DNA of 64,000 bases from Phycisphaerae bacterium (lineage in GTDB: Bacteria > Planctomycetota > Phycisphaerae > UBA1845 > Fen-1342): assembly GCA_963675745.2 (NCBI GenBank), contig CAXXWX010000005.1, positions 32,001-96,000 on the forward strand, read 5' to 3'. Below, piece by piece: positions 39,208 to 49,635 of the stretch (position 1 is the first letter of the stretch; the number at the start of each line of letters is the position of its first letter). Position numbers and translations under genes: made by a program. A model generated the notes under the pieces. That model made no database searches and was not told the DNA's origin. It worked only from the letters and a program-made list of their open reading frames with translations.

Positions 39208-41205
39208 TCACTGGCCGCTGAGATTCTCCGGGATTCGCGCGACGACCAGCGAACCGTCCCCGCAACCCCACGCGATTCGTCCTGAATCCGGCGAGAACGC
39301 AACGCGGCGGGCCGCCGTATCCGTGTAGATTCGCAGCAAGGCACCATCGGCGGTGCGCCAAACCTTGATCGTCCCGTCATCGTGACAGGAGGCCAGCAGC
39401 CGGTAATCCGATGAGCAGGCTGTCGCGATAAACTGGCTGTCGTCTTCAACGTTACCCAGATGCTCGCCGTCCGTCATACGCCGGAACCAGAGACTATTGC
39501 CCGACTTGGTGATCAACATCCGGCCGTCGGCGTCAAACCCGATGGGCGTCTCGTCCACGCTCTGCGACCAGACAACCGCGCCATCGCTCGTCTGGCGCAG
39601 CAGGAGCTCCTCCTCCCGGACGGCAACGTGCGCGCCATCCGGTGCCAGCACCGCGGCCGTGGCGAAATACTCGAAGTCGTTCACCAGGGTATATAGCTCC
39701 GTCGCTTCGGGAATCGCCCAGATGGTCAGGCCGGCCTGGCCCGAGCAGCACTTCAGCCAGACAGAGCGGCTGGCGATCAGCAGCGACCTGCCATCAGGGG
39801 CAAAGCCCATGCCAACGACCGGCGCCACCGGTAGTACACAGACCACCTTTTCGTCGGCGAGACGCACCGCGGTTACCCCGCATGTGCAGTATGCGCCGCC
39901 AATCACCAGGTATTGCCCATCAGGCGAGAACCGCAGCGAGCCGATCTGCCCCCTTCTACTGAACACACGTAGCGGAGTGCCGTCGTCGGCCTGCCATTCA
40001 CGCGGCGTATCGAAGTACCTGACCGATGGGACGCCCGAATTAAAGTCGGGGCCGTCGCCTCCGCCGGCCGAGACGAGCGTCTGCCCGTCGGGGCTGAACG
40101 CCACCGCGCCGATCGCGGAGTAATGTGTGGGCAGCTTGCCCAGTGACTCACCGTCAGTAGTGCGCCAGAAGTAGACCCCCAAGTTGCCGTAAGTAACCAG
40201 TTCCTGACCATCGGACACGTACGCAACATTCCAGAAATGCCCGGGCGCATCGAAGTGGCCCATATTGATCTGTGAAACCACTGTGCCGTCGCTGGTGCGC
40301 CAAGTGAACAGCGAATACGACAGAGCGCTCAGAGTGGCTCCGTCGGGGGAAAACACGGCCACGTCGCCGGCGTCGATCTCGGGGTCGCCTGCCAAGGACG
40401 TGCTGCCTTGGAGTTGGCCGTTCGTCAGGTCCCATACCGCCAACGACGCCGGCTCGCGCGTAACAGCGCTGAGTGTCTGCCCATCCGCGGCAAAGCGCAG
40501 AGCGATCGCCGGCGTTGCCAGTGTCTGCTGGACCGTGCCGGCCGCCACGCTCCAGATATTCACCTCCTGTTCCGAGGCCCAGGCGATCGTCTCGCCGTCC
40601 GGCGCGAAGGCTACGACACCACTGCCGTCTGAGTCCGAGAGCGTGCGCAGCAGCCCCCCATCAGAGACGCGCCGCAGATGCAGGGTGCCGTCGCCAACCG
40701 TGGCCAGCGTCCGGCTGTCCGCGCTGAAGACGAGGGCGCTGGCCGCCTGCTGATGCTCATGTGCCCGGCTCCAAAGCAGAACACCGTCCGCCACTCGCCA
40801 CAGGTTCAGCAGGCCATTCGGGTCGGCGGCGGCGAGCATCGTCTCGTCCGGCGTGAAGGCGATGCAAGTGGGGATGTCCATCAGGCCGGTGAGGTGTGGA
40901 CCGGGCCGGTCGTCGTCATGCCGCCACAACTGGACTCCGTCAGGTTCCGGCAAAGCGAGCAGGTTACTGCGAGGCGCGCTGACGAGCGCGGCGGTGGCGG
41001 AGTCAAACGTGGGGCTGTAGCCGGGAGTTTCCCACAGTATGTCCGGCGGCTCGGGTGTGGGTCGCGGGCCCGATCGAATACTCAGATCGGTCGGTGAACC
41101 TGTGTTGGGATTGCCGTCACCGCCCACTCCCGCAAGCTGCGGGCAGCCGCTCAAGGCGCACAGCAAGCCAACCGCACACAACGCACCCATCGTCCGTTTT
41201 GGCAT
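39208..41205 (-). CDS. WD40 beta-propeller lipoprotein
   Basis: AGGAGG RBS before ATG 41205; lipobox LSGC; many FSPDG / WRxxDG repeats. Confidence 0.88.
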   Translation of the reverse strand: MPKRTMGALCAVGLLCALSGCPQLAGVGGDGNPNTGSPTDLSIRSGPRPTPEPPDILWETPGYSPTFDSATAALVSAPRSNLLALPEPDGVQLWRHDDDRPGPHLTGLMDIPTCIAFTPDETMLAAADPNGLLNLWRVADGVLLWSRAHEHQQAASALVFSADSRTLATVGDGTLHLRRVSDGGLLRTLSDSDGSGVVAFAPDGETIAWASEQEVNIWSVAAGTVQQTLATPAIALRFAADGQTLSAVTREPASLAVWDLTNGQLQGSTSLAGDPEIDAGDVAVFSPDGATLSALSYSLFTWRTSDGTVVSQINMGHFDAPGHFWNVAYVSDGQELVTYGNLGVYFWRTTDGESLGKLPTHYSAIGAVAFSPDGQTLVSAGGGDGPDFNSGVPSVRYFDTPREWQADDGTPLRVFSRRGQIGSLRFSPDGQYLVIGGAYCTCGVTAVRLADEKVVCVLPVAPVVGMGFAPDGRSLLIASRSVWLKCCSGQAGLTIWAIPEATELYTLVNDFEYFATAAVLAPDGAHVAVREEELLLRQTSDGAVVWSQSVDETPIGFDADGRMLITKSGNSLWFRRMTDGEHLGNVEDDSQFIATACSSDYRLLASCHDDGTIKVWRTADGALLRIYTDTAARRVAFSPDSGRIAWGCGDGSLVVARIPENLSGQ

Positions 41206-41387
41206 CGGTCGGTTCCTCCTCACAGCGCGTGACGCGGTGCTCAGGTTTGGCACGCTTCCCCCGCGCAACACGCACAACCGGCATACCTCAGCGCGTTTTC
41301 GCATGCGGCGGACCACCCGAATCCAAGACTTCACCGTCACGGATGTGCAAGTCAGTATACTACACATCCACCGGAGAGGTGTCAGCC

Positions 41388-41486
41388 CCACAGAAAACGT
41401 GTCACCCACAGAAAACGTGCCAGGAAGATTTTCTCGCACCATTGACCACAGAAAAGGTGTCAGGAAGATTTTCTCGCACCATTGAC
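41388..41486. repeat. Tandem direct repeats (40-bp unit x2; 17-bp subunit x3)
   Basis: CAGGAAGATTTTCTCGCACCATTGAC at 41421 and 41461; CCACAGAAAASGTGYCA at 41388, 41406 and 41446. Confidence 0.88.
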
Positions 41487-41493
41487 GCCGGAC

Positions 41494-41518
41494 GAACACG
41501 GCTCACAGAGCGTGGCAC
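41494..41518. repeat. REP-like family B right arm
   Basis: GAACACGGCTCACAGAG identical to 37276-37292, continuing CGTGGCAC. Confidence 0.8.
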
Positions 41519-41781
41519 ACTGCTGCGCCAATGGCGACGGGATCGACACTGTCTTTGACGAACATCCTGTCAGCCGATTACGCGAAGACGCATCTCCGCG
41601 AGTGGATCGTTGCGACTAACGCACCTGGTCCGCTTTCCGCCCTCGGTGCGGGATTGCCCGGCGGCATCCCGCACAAGTGGGCCGGGCGCAATACAATCAC
41701 GACGACGTAGTTGATACACGGAGAATCTTCGATGAGCGCGCGACCTTGCTCGCGTGCGACCGCCGCGGACCAGGAGAAGAC

Positions 41782-42240
41782 ATGCCAGTTGATTGGGTGG
41801 ACAAAATCCTCGATTGCGCCATCGCCAATGAGGAAAAGGCGGCCGAGTTTTATCGCTACCTGGCCGGCGAAGCCCGGCGGGAGGAAGTCAAGCAAGTCTT
41901 TCTGGACTTCGCCCGCGAGGAGGATGCGCACAAGGTCAAGCTGCTGGGCATAAAGGCCGGTAAGGGGCAATTGCTGAGCGAGGAGAGCATTATCGACCTG
42001 GGATTAGCTGAACAACTTCCGGATGAGCCGATCGACCTGGCGGGGAACATGGATTATGAGCAGGCCCTGTCAATCGCCATCAAGGCCGAGCAGGACGCCC
42101 ACGAGCTCTACAGTCGTCTGGCCGAGTCGACCACCGACCAAGCCTGCAAATCAGTACTGCTCGGTTTGGCGCAGGAAGAGGCCAAACACAAGCTGCGTTT
42201 TGAGCTCGAATACGCCGCCCACACGCGGAAAGAAGGCTGA
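41782..42240 (+). CDS. Ferritin-like / rubrerythrin-family diiron protein
   Basis: Two AIxxE...EExxH units (EEDAH, EEAKH); AGGAG RBS. Confidence 0.9.
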   Translation: MPVDWVDKILDCAIANEEKAAEFYRYLAGEARREEVKQVFLDFAREEDAHKVKLLGIKAGKGQLLSEESIIDLGLAEQLPDEPIDLAGNMDYEQALSIAIKAEQDAHELYSRLAESTTDQACKSVLLGLAQEEAKHKLRFELEYAAHTRKEG

Positions 42241-42259
42241 TACCCCCCCACCTCAAAAC

Positions 42260-42285
42260 GTAGCGGCCGATCCCCGAGTCGGCCG
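42260..42285. repeat. REP-like palindrome, family A copy 3
   Basis: GTAGCGGCCGATCCCCGAGTCGGCCG between convergent genes. Confidence 0.65.
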
Positions 42286-42356
42286 TTGTTACGAGCGCGT
42301 GCGCTCATGCCGAAACCACGTCCAACGCCGGAACGGCGCGCAATCACGCGGCGACT

Positions 42357-44759
42357 CTACGGCCCCGTGAAATATGCCTGTAGCAGCGAGACATCGGCCA
42401 GGTCGACATCCAGGTCACCGTCGCCATCCTCGCCCGCGCAAATGTGACCCGGCGCGTAAGTCGTGCCCGGCCCCTTGAAGCAGAATACGAAGATGTAGAA
42501 ATCGTCAATATCCACGTCCCCATCATCGTCGTAATCGAAATCGACGCACAACACATCAAAGTTCTCGGCGTGTGCCCCGTGGATGTTGTCGTCGTTGGCG
42601 AAGTATTCGTGGTGACCGATGCCGAACCGCCCGGATGCGTGGGTTGTGTCAACAACGTCGGCGATCACCGCGCCATCGACGAGATAACGAATCGCCGTGC
42701 CGCTGCACTCGATGCGGAATGTCCGCCACGCCGTGCTCGGCTCATAGAGCGGGCCGGCCTCAAGAAAGTCGGTGAACGCGCCCGCGACAACAACGCCGGC
42801 ACGGACCCGGCCGGTGTCGGTGTCAAAGGTCAGTGCGTAGCAATTGCCGCCGCCCAGCTCGCTGGAGTCAAAGTTGGCGTTACCGTCATCGCGTGTGAAA
42901 ACGCCCACGCGCTCAAACCCATCACCAGCCACCTCGGGCCGATACTCGCAGTAGATTGATGCCTCCACCGTACAATCCGCATCGCCGCAGAGGCCGACGG
43001 AGGCTGTCTCATACTCGCCCACCGGGTTCACAAGCTCCATGACGTAGCCGTCACCCTCCGGCGCCGGCGGCGCGTGCGCGACGACCGGGTTGGAGCTGAA
43101 CTTGTCATCCCAGGCCAGCGCGCGGCCGGCCGCGCTGAATGGGTCGCTCAGCGGCGAAGTCGTCTCGGTCTCGCGCTCGACCAGCAACAGCGCATTGGGC
43201 ACACCACGCTCATAGCCGGTGCAGGGCGGGTCGGCGCCGTCCGAGGGGCAATTCACCACGCCTCCGTTGATAACCATCGTGGTCGATCCGCCGCCGTCGA
43301 AATTGACTGCGTGCTCAACCTGCAAGCAGTCCACCAAAAAGTCGGCCATCTCCTCGTATGTCATCCCGACGCTATAGCCGTCCTGGCGACCGTCGCACGT
43401 TACAAACCAATGGCGCTTGCCGCTCCACGCCAACACGGTGCGCGGATGTCTGACCGGCGCGTGCCCGTAGTTCCAGCCGTCGGGGTACGGCGCCCCATCC
43501 TTTACCAGCCAGCCCGACGCGCCGCCGCAGATCACGCTGGCGTTGTTCAGATCGAGTGGTTCCAGCGCGACATGCGCGCTGACGGAATCTCCCACAAAAG
43601 CGTGGGCGAGGAGGTCCGCCTCGGCCCCCGGACAGGCGGCCAGCACAAACCCGTCGGCCGGAATCAGGTTGTTCACCGAAGCCGGCCCCGTGCGTACATC
43701 AGTGATCACGCCGCTGACCCACTTGTTCGGCCGCCAGGGATAAGAGACTTCCTCGACGATAACCTCCACGCCTTCAGCCGTTGAGCCGGTGCGCGCTCCC
43801 CAGATGGGCGTGTAGATGGCCAGCGCGTTCGTCGTACACGAGTAGTTGAACACGTCAACGCTCCGCTCCGTGCTGTCGGCGAAACGCACGGTCGGATCGG
43901 CGCTCGGCGTGTTTGTGGCGACAAACGCCGCGCCCGACTCCTGGAGCACATAGGCCTCTTTGGGCCAGGTCAGCGTGGGATAGCCCACCACACTGCCGTC
44001 CGCTCCCTGCATGCCGTGTATGAAGATGTCGGCGTCGAAGTGGGAAGCGTTGATGGCGGCGATCACGTCATGCGGGCTCATTTCATAGCGCGCCGCGATC
44101 TGGCTGGTAGCCTCCTTGCTGGTGTAGTTACGCTTGTGTTGTGCAAAACCCATCTCGATCGTGTACTGCCGGTTCTCCAGGTCAAAATCGAGCACATGAA
44201 GCACCTGGGGTGCCGGTAGAGTCCACACCGAGTGCCATACGCCGGGCGCGACCTCGGTTGGCGTCGGCGGCACTACCGGGCAACCGCCATCATCGCCAAA
44301 ACGCACGGCGTCGGCGATCGTCGCAGTTCCACCCGTACTTCCACCAGCATCCAGCGTGATCAAGCTGTCGCCGGCGTTGAAGGTGTACGTGCCGAGCGAT
44401 TCCCATCCATAGCCCCCCACGCTCTGATCGAGATACACCGTGTACGTCTGGTCCGCGGCGAAGATGTCATACTTCGTCGACGTGGTGCGGTTTGTGCCGG
44501 GGACGTACCAGACGAACACCTCGTAGGCCCCCGCGTCGGGCAGATTACCCGTCCACGTAGCCGTCTCGGAGCCGCCGGGCGTGGTCCACCGATAGGTTCC
44601 ACCGTCGTAGCCTGTCGAGCCGCTGGTGGACCAGGTGCCGGTCTCGACATACGCCGGCGACCCGGCGTCATTATCCACTATGACCGCGCCGAGCACGCTG
44701 CTTGCCGACAGAAACGCCCCCAGGACAGATACGCGGAAGGCTCTCCCGCAGACGGACAT
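42357..44759 (-). CDS. Secreted phosphodiester glycosidase (NAGPA-like) with golvesin/CBM-like N-domain and dockerin-like tail
   Basis: IADAVRF N-domain; HPRT, CDGRQ, NFDGGGSTT; DYDDDGDVDIDDF and DGDGDLDVDLAD. Confidence 0.85.
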   Translation of the reverse strand: MSVCGRAFRVSVLGAFLSASSVLGAVIVDNDAGSPAYVETGTWSTSGSTGYDGGTYRWTTPGGSETATWTGNLPDAGAYEVFVWYVPGTNRTTSTKYDIFAADQTYTVYLDQSVGGYGWESLGTYTFNAGDSLITLDAGGSTGGTATIADAVRFGDDGGCPVVPPTPTEVAPGVWHSVWTLPAPQVLHVLDFDLENRQYTIEMGFAQHKRNYTSKEATSQIAARYEMSPHDVIAAINASHFDADIFIHGMQGADGSVVGYPTLTWPKEAYVLQESGAAFVATNTPSADPTVRFADSTERSVDVFNYSCTTNALAIYTPIWGARTGSTAEGVEVIVEEVSYPWRPNKWVSGVITDVRTGPASVNNLIPADGFVLAACPGAEADLLAHAFVGDSVSAHVALEPLDLNNASVICGGASGWLVKDGAPYPDGWNYGHAPVRHPRTVLAWSGKRHWFVTCDGRQDGYSVGMTYEEMADFLVDCLQVEHAVNFDGGGSTTMVINGGVVNCPSDGADPPCTGYERGVPNALLLVERETETTSPLSDPFSAAGRALAWDDKFSSNPVVAHAPPAPEGDGYVMELVNPVGEYETASVGLCGDADCTVEASIYCEYRPEVAGDGFERVGVFTRDDGNANFDSSELGGGNCYALTFDTDTGRVRAGVVVAGAFTDFLEAGPLYEPSTAWRTFRIECSGTAIRYLVDGAVIADVVDTTHASGRFGIGHHEYFANDDNIHGAHAENFDVLCVDFDYDDDGDVDIDDFYIFVFCFKGPGTTYAPGHICAGEDGDGDLDVDLADVSLLQAYFTGP

Positions 44760-44927
44760 GTCCGTTACCCCTTGACCCCGACTATCCAACGAAACGCGAT
44801 AGCATCAGTGAGACGCAGCCGAGTGACCCGCTGCGCGCCATCTACAGCATAGCGATTCAGCACGGCCGATTGCAATGGCTAACGGTGAAGCGGCTCAGTG
44901 GTGTGTGCGAGACCAAAGCAGGCCCCG

Positions 44928-45878
44928 CTACACCGGCTCTGGGGTGGCATCGACACGCAGCATCGAGTTCAACCAGCGCTTGAGGGCATTATCGTCGCCG
45001 GCCAGGGCTTTGAAGCGGTCGATTGAGCTTTGAATTGACGAGCGGCCGATCTTGGCCGCGCCGGAGTCACGTTCGGCGCGCGAAAGTGTCATCGCCCCCC
45101 AGGCTATTGGCAGTCCGCAGAAGTAACGCAGCTCACGCGCGTGCGATGGCAGCGCCAGTACAAACTCGATGCCGCGTTGCAGGCTGGTACGCGCTTCGGT
45201 CAACGCCAACCGGTATATCTCGCTGGGCGAGAGCGTGCCGTCGCTGGTCGTTGGCAGATAGCGGCGACCGTGCTTGGCGTCGGTCAGCGCGTCTTTCAGC
45301 ACGTTCACCAGTTGCAGGCCGATCCCCAGCTCAATCGACAGCTCGCGCAGTTGCAGCAACCCGGGCATCTTCAGATAGCGGGCCATCAGCTTGTTGAGCA
45401 TTACGCCCACCACGCCGGCCACGTAATAGCAGTACTCGCGCATCTCGTCCGCATCGCGGATCGCCGGGTATGGGCGCCCACGCTGGCCGGCCCGGGCCAT
45501 GATCTTCCGCACCCCGCCCATCATCTCGCGCGCGCAATCGTAGACCGCTTCGCGATCAGGCGATTCAAGCCCGCGCAGACGCTCGAGCACCTCCGCCATA
45601 TCACCCATCAGCACGGCTTCGGCGTCGGTATCGCCGATCGGCTCGCACAGCACGTCCGGCGTTGGCGCCTGTGGATCAGCCAGCACTCGCTCCAGCTCCG
45701 CAAACCGGGCAAGTCTCTGCTCGTCGTCCAGGGCCGCACAGTCTTCGAGCGTATCCACAACACGCATCAGCAGATACGCCAGCCCGACCGTGTCCGCCAG
45801 GCCCCGCGGCAGCATCGGTACGAGAATAGCATAGGTGCGCGACACACCTTGCAGGTGGCGCGCAACAAAAGCATCCAT
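44928..45878 (-). CDS. Squalene/phytoene synthase family protein (Sqs/FdfT-like)
   Basis: VSRTY, AYLLMRVVDTLED, YCYYVAGVVG, GLQLVNVLKD...GRRYLP. Confidence 0.88.
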   Translation of the reverse strand: MDAFVARHLQGVSRTYAILVPMLPRGLADTVGLAYLLMRVVDTLEDCAALDDEQRLARFAELERVLADPQAPTPDVLCEPIGDTDAEAVLMGDMAEVLERLRGLESPDREAVYDCAREMMGGVRKIMARAGQRGRPYPAIRDADEMREYCYYVAGVVGVMLNKLMARYLKMPGLLQLRELSIELGIGLQLVNVLKDALTDAKHGRRYLPTTSDGTLSPSEIYRLALTEARTSLQRGIEFVLALPSHARELRYFCGLPIAWGAMTLSRAERDSGAAKIGRSSIQSSIDRFKALAGDDNALKRWLNSMLRVDATPEPV

Positions 45879-45911
45879 ACTGTCAGGTCTCCGGTACGCG
45901 AAACACTCGGA

Positions 45912-47852
45912 TCAAGGCCGCTTGACGGTCCCTGGTCCCTCATGGGCGGTGGAGTGTACCGTGTTTCCGGCGTGCTGACGAGAGGTGCGGATGGCCCGAC
46001 GGGCTGTTTCGGCGATGCCCGCGGCGTCAATGCCCGCCTCTGAGAGCTGGCCCGCTCGCGAACCATGCTTGTAGAACTTGTCCGGGGCCAGGCCCAGGCG
46101 CACGATCGACTCGGATGGTAAACCGAGTTTGTTGGCCGTTTCGAGCACCGCGCTGCCGAACCCGCCCGTTACCGCATGGTCTTCAACCGTGATGACCGGG
46201 CCGCCGCGCGTGATCGCCGTCGTGAGCATGTCTTCGTCGATCGGCTTGGCAAAGCGGGCGTTGACGACGGTCATATAGATGTCTTCGCCAGCCAAAGTCC
46301 GCGCCGCTTCGAGCGCGAAGGGCACCTCGCCTCCATACGCGATAATCGTGCCGTCCGGTCCTTCGCGCATGACGCGCGATTCGCCCAGCGCCACCGCCGG
46401 CGCCTCAACGGATGCGTCCGGCACGGTATCGCGCGGATAGCGGATGACGCTGGGACGATCCAACGTGACAGCCAGTCGCAGCATCGCGCCGAGCTCGGGC
46501 TCATCGGCGGGCGCCATCAGGACGATGTTCTGGAAATTGCGCAAGTACGCGATGTCGAGATAGCCGTGATGGACAGCGCCGTCGCCTCCCACCAATCCCG
46601 CCCGGTCCACACAGAAGACCACGGGGAGGTTTTGCAGGACCACCTCCTGGAAGACCTGGTCGAACGCCCGTTGTAGAAACGTCGAATAAATGCAGACCAG
46701 CGGTCTGAGACCGGCTTTGGCCATGCCGGCGGCGACGTCCACCGTACAGCTTTCGGCGATGCCGCAATCGAGGCAACGCTCGGGCAACACCTGCCGGATC
46801 TTCGCGATTCCCGTGCCGTCCGGCATCGCCGCGGTCAGCAAGTGGACCCGCTCGTCCTCTTTGGCGACGTCGATGGCGGCGTCGGCGAACGCCGTCGTCC
46901 AGCTCTTGCGCTCGCTCTTGACGACACTGACGATGTCGCCCTCGATACGCAGTTTGCCCGGACTGTGAAACGCGCACGGGTCTTTCGACGCCCAGTCACA
47001 TCCGCGGCCCTTTTCCGTGTGGACGTGCAGGATCACTGGCGTCTCGACATTGCGCAGCAGTGTCAGCATGTCGATCAGCGCGCCGAGATCGTGCCCGTCC
47101 ACCGGCCCCACGTACAACAGACCGAGCTGCTCGAATATCTGGTGCGGCGAGACCGTGGCCTTGAGACCTTCCTTGAGGTGTTCGAGCACCTCGGTCATGC
47201 TCGAACCAACCAGCGGCACCCGGCTCAGCGCCGACCGCACGCGCCGCTTGACGTCGTCGTAGAGTGTGCTCGTGCGGGCGCGCGCCAGATACGAAGCCAG
47301 CCCCCCCTGCGTCTTGGCAATGCCCATCGAATTGTCGTTGAGGACAACCAGAAACTGGCGTTTGAGCACGCCGGCCTGATTCAGTCCTTCAAAAGCCACG
47401 CCGTTGACGATACTCGCATCCCCGACCAGGGCGACCGTGCGGCGGGTGTTGCCGAGAACCTTATCGCCGCGCGCCAAACCCACGGCGGTGGCGATCGCCG
47501 TACCGGCATGGCCGACGTCGAACTGGTCATGTTCGCTCTCGGCAATACTGGGAAATCCGCTGACGCCGTCGCGCTGCCGCAGCGTGTCGAACGCGGCGTT
47601 GCGTCCGGTGATTAGCTTATGGACATAGCACTGGTGGCCGACATCCCAAAGCAATCTGTCACGGTGCAGGTCGAACACGCGGTGCAGTGCCAGCGTGAGC
47701 TCGACGACGCCGAGATTGCTGGCCAGGTGTCCGCCGTTGGTGCTGACCACATCTATGATGCGCTGTCGGATCTCGCCGGCCAGCGTCTGTAGTTGCGCAA
47801 GCGTAAGCGGCTTCAGATCGGCCGGTGATCGAATCGATTCCAGTATCGTCAT
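45912..47852 (-). CDS. dxs: 1-deoxy-D-xylulose-5-phosphate synthase
   Basis: GGHLASNLG, WDVGHQ, YVGPVDGH, IAES, DRAGLVG.DG..H. The start could extend to 47867. Confidence 0.97.
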   Translation of the reverse strand: MTILESIRSPADLKPLTLAQLQTLAGEIRQRIIDVVSTNGGHLASNLGVVELTLALHRVFDLHRDRLLWDVGHQCYVHKLITGRNAAFDTLRQRDGVSGFPSIAESEHDQFDVGHAGTAIATAVGLARGDKVLGNTRRTVALVGDASIVNGVAFEGLNQAGVLKRQFLVVLNDNSMGIAKTQGGLASYLARARTSTLYDDVKRRVRSALSRVPLVGSSMTEVLEHLKEGLKATVSPHQIFEQLGLLYVGPVDGHDLGALIDMLTLLRNVETPVILHVHTEKGRGCDWASKDPCAFHSPGKLRIEGDIVSVVKSERKSWTTAFADAAIDVAKEDERVHLLTAAMPDGTGIAKIRQVLPERCLDCGIAESCTVDVAAGMAKAGLRPLVCIYSTFLQRAFDQVFQEVVLQNLPVVFCVDRAGLVGGDGAVHHGYLDIAYLRNFQNIVLMAPADEPELGAMLRLAVTLDRPSVIRYPRDTVPDASVEAPAVALGESRVMREGPDGTIIAYGGEVPFALEAARTLAGEDIYMTVVNARFAKPIDEDMLTTAITRGGPVITVEDHAVTGGFGSAVLETANKLGLPSESIVRLGLAPDKFYKHGSRAGQLSEAGIDAAGIAETARRAIRTSRQHAGNTVHSTAHEGPGTVKRP

Positions 47853-47969
47853 GTTTTGTTCCAACACGCCGGAGTTGCTACCGCGTTACCGGCATCTTCT
47901 CAAAATAGCGGCCTGCGCCGTCTGCCACGGCACTCAAGCAGTGCTATTCCCAGACCCCGCTTAAGCCAA

Positions 47970-48890
47970 TCAGCGGTCGCGCGACAGCACGAACCGCGCC
48001 AGCCCCCGGAGATTTCCGGCCTTGTCACCGAATATGCGCAGCGCGGCAATCGCGTCGTCGGTCTCCCGCCTTGCCTGTTTGCGGCTCTCCTCGTCGCCGA
48101 AAACCGCCGGATAGGTCTGCTTGCACACGTCGGCGTCTTTCTGCGTTCGCTTGCCGAGCACCGCGGTTGATCCGGTACAGTCCAATAGATCATCGACAAT
48201 CTGGAACGCCAGGCCGAGATGCCGGCCGTACTCCCCCAGCGCCTCGACGGTATCATCCCCGGCGCGCGCACAGATTGCGCCCAGGCGGCAACATGTCTCG
48301 ATGAGCCGCGCGGTCTTGTGCATGTGAATGAAGTTGACCAGACCGGCGTTCGGCGGCCGGCCTTCGCCCTCGATGTCGGCCCCCTGTCCTTCGACCATTC
48401 CCAGGCTGCCACGTCCGAGCGTGCGTACCAGCGCCGCCGCGATAGCCGGTTCGACCGCGGGATCGGCGAGCAGCTCGAATGCGTGCGCGACGAGCCAGTC
48501 GCCGGCCAGAATTGCCAGCGCCTCGCCAAAGACCTTGTGACTTGTGGGGTTGCCACGTCGCAGATCATCGTCGTCCATCGCCGGCAGATCGTCATGAATC
48601 AGTGAGAACGTATGAATACACTCGACGGCCAGCGCCGCCACCGACGCATCAGTAACCGAGCCGCCGCACACCGCGCAGCTTTCTCGGACGAGGATGGGCC
48701 GCAGCCGCTTTCCGCCCTGGTTCATCGAATAGGCCACCGCCTCAAAAAGCCGGCTGTGACCCGCATCGTGCTCGCGCAGATCGCTGACGTGCCGCTCAAT
48801 CATACGGTCGACGGCGGCGCGTTGTTCGATCGCCCACGCTTTCCACTTGTCGAGATTTACCTCATGTGCTTCGGGGAGAGTCGCGCTCAC
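47970..48890 (-). CDS. ispA: Polyprenyl (farnesyl/geranylgeranyl) diphosphate synthase
   Basis: GGKRLRP, SLIHDDLPAMDDDDLRRG, FQIVDDLLD; GTG 48890 after GGAGAAGG. Confidence 0.93.
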   Translation of the reverse strand: MSATLPEAHEVNLDKWKAWAIEQRAAVDRMIERHVSDLREHDAGHSRLFEAVAYSMNQGGKRLRPILVRESCAVCGGSVTDASVAALAVECIHTFSLIHDDLPAMDDDDLRRGNPTSHKVFGEALAILAGDWLVAHAFELLADPAVEPAIAAALVRTLGRGSLGMVEGQGADIEGEGRPPNAGLVNFIHMHKTARLIETCCRLGAICARAGDDTVEALGEYGRHLGLAFQIVDDLLDCTGSTAVLGKRTQKDADVCKQTYPAVFGDEESRKQARRETDDAIAALRIFGDKAGNLRGLARFVLSRDR

Positions 48891-49050
48891 TGCCTTCTCC
48901 ACTCGCCGGGCGCTTTGGAAACTTGTCTGGACACCGCCGAATCCGTCAGGATAAAGTGTTCCCGGCGGCCATGCCAGCGGATTCTCGGACGAGCGCGCGG
49001 CGCCGGCCGCCGGTTGAACTGAGATATCGGCCCAGACCGGCACTTGAGCC

Positions 49051-49634
<584 letters not shown>

Positions 49635-49635
<1 letters not shown>

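Noticed and set aside
41388..41486. Possible mini-CRISPR array
   Set aside because: Only two 26-bp repeats, separated by 14 bp that is itself repeated; no unique spacers and no cas genes.
41206..41499. N-terminal extension of the WD40 ORF
   Set aside because: It translates the tandem repeats; the RBS and signal peptide support ATG 41205.
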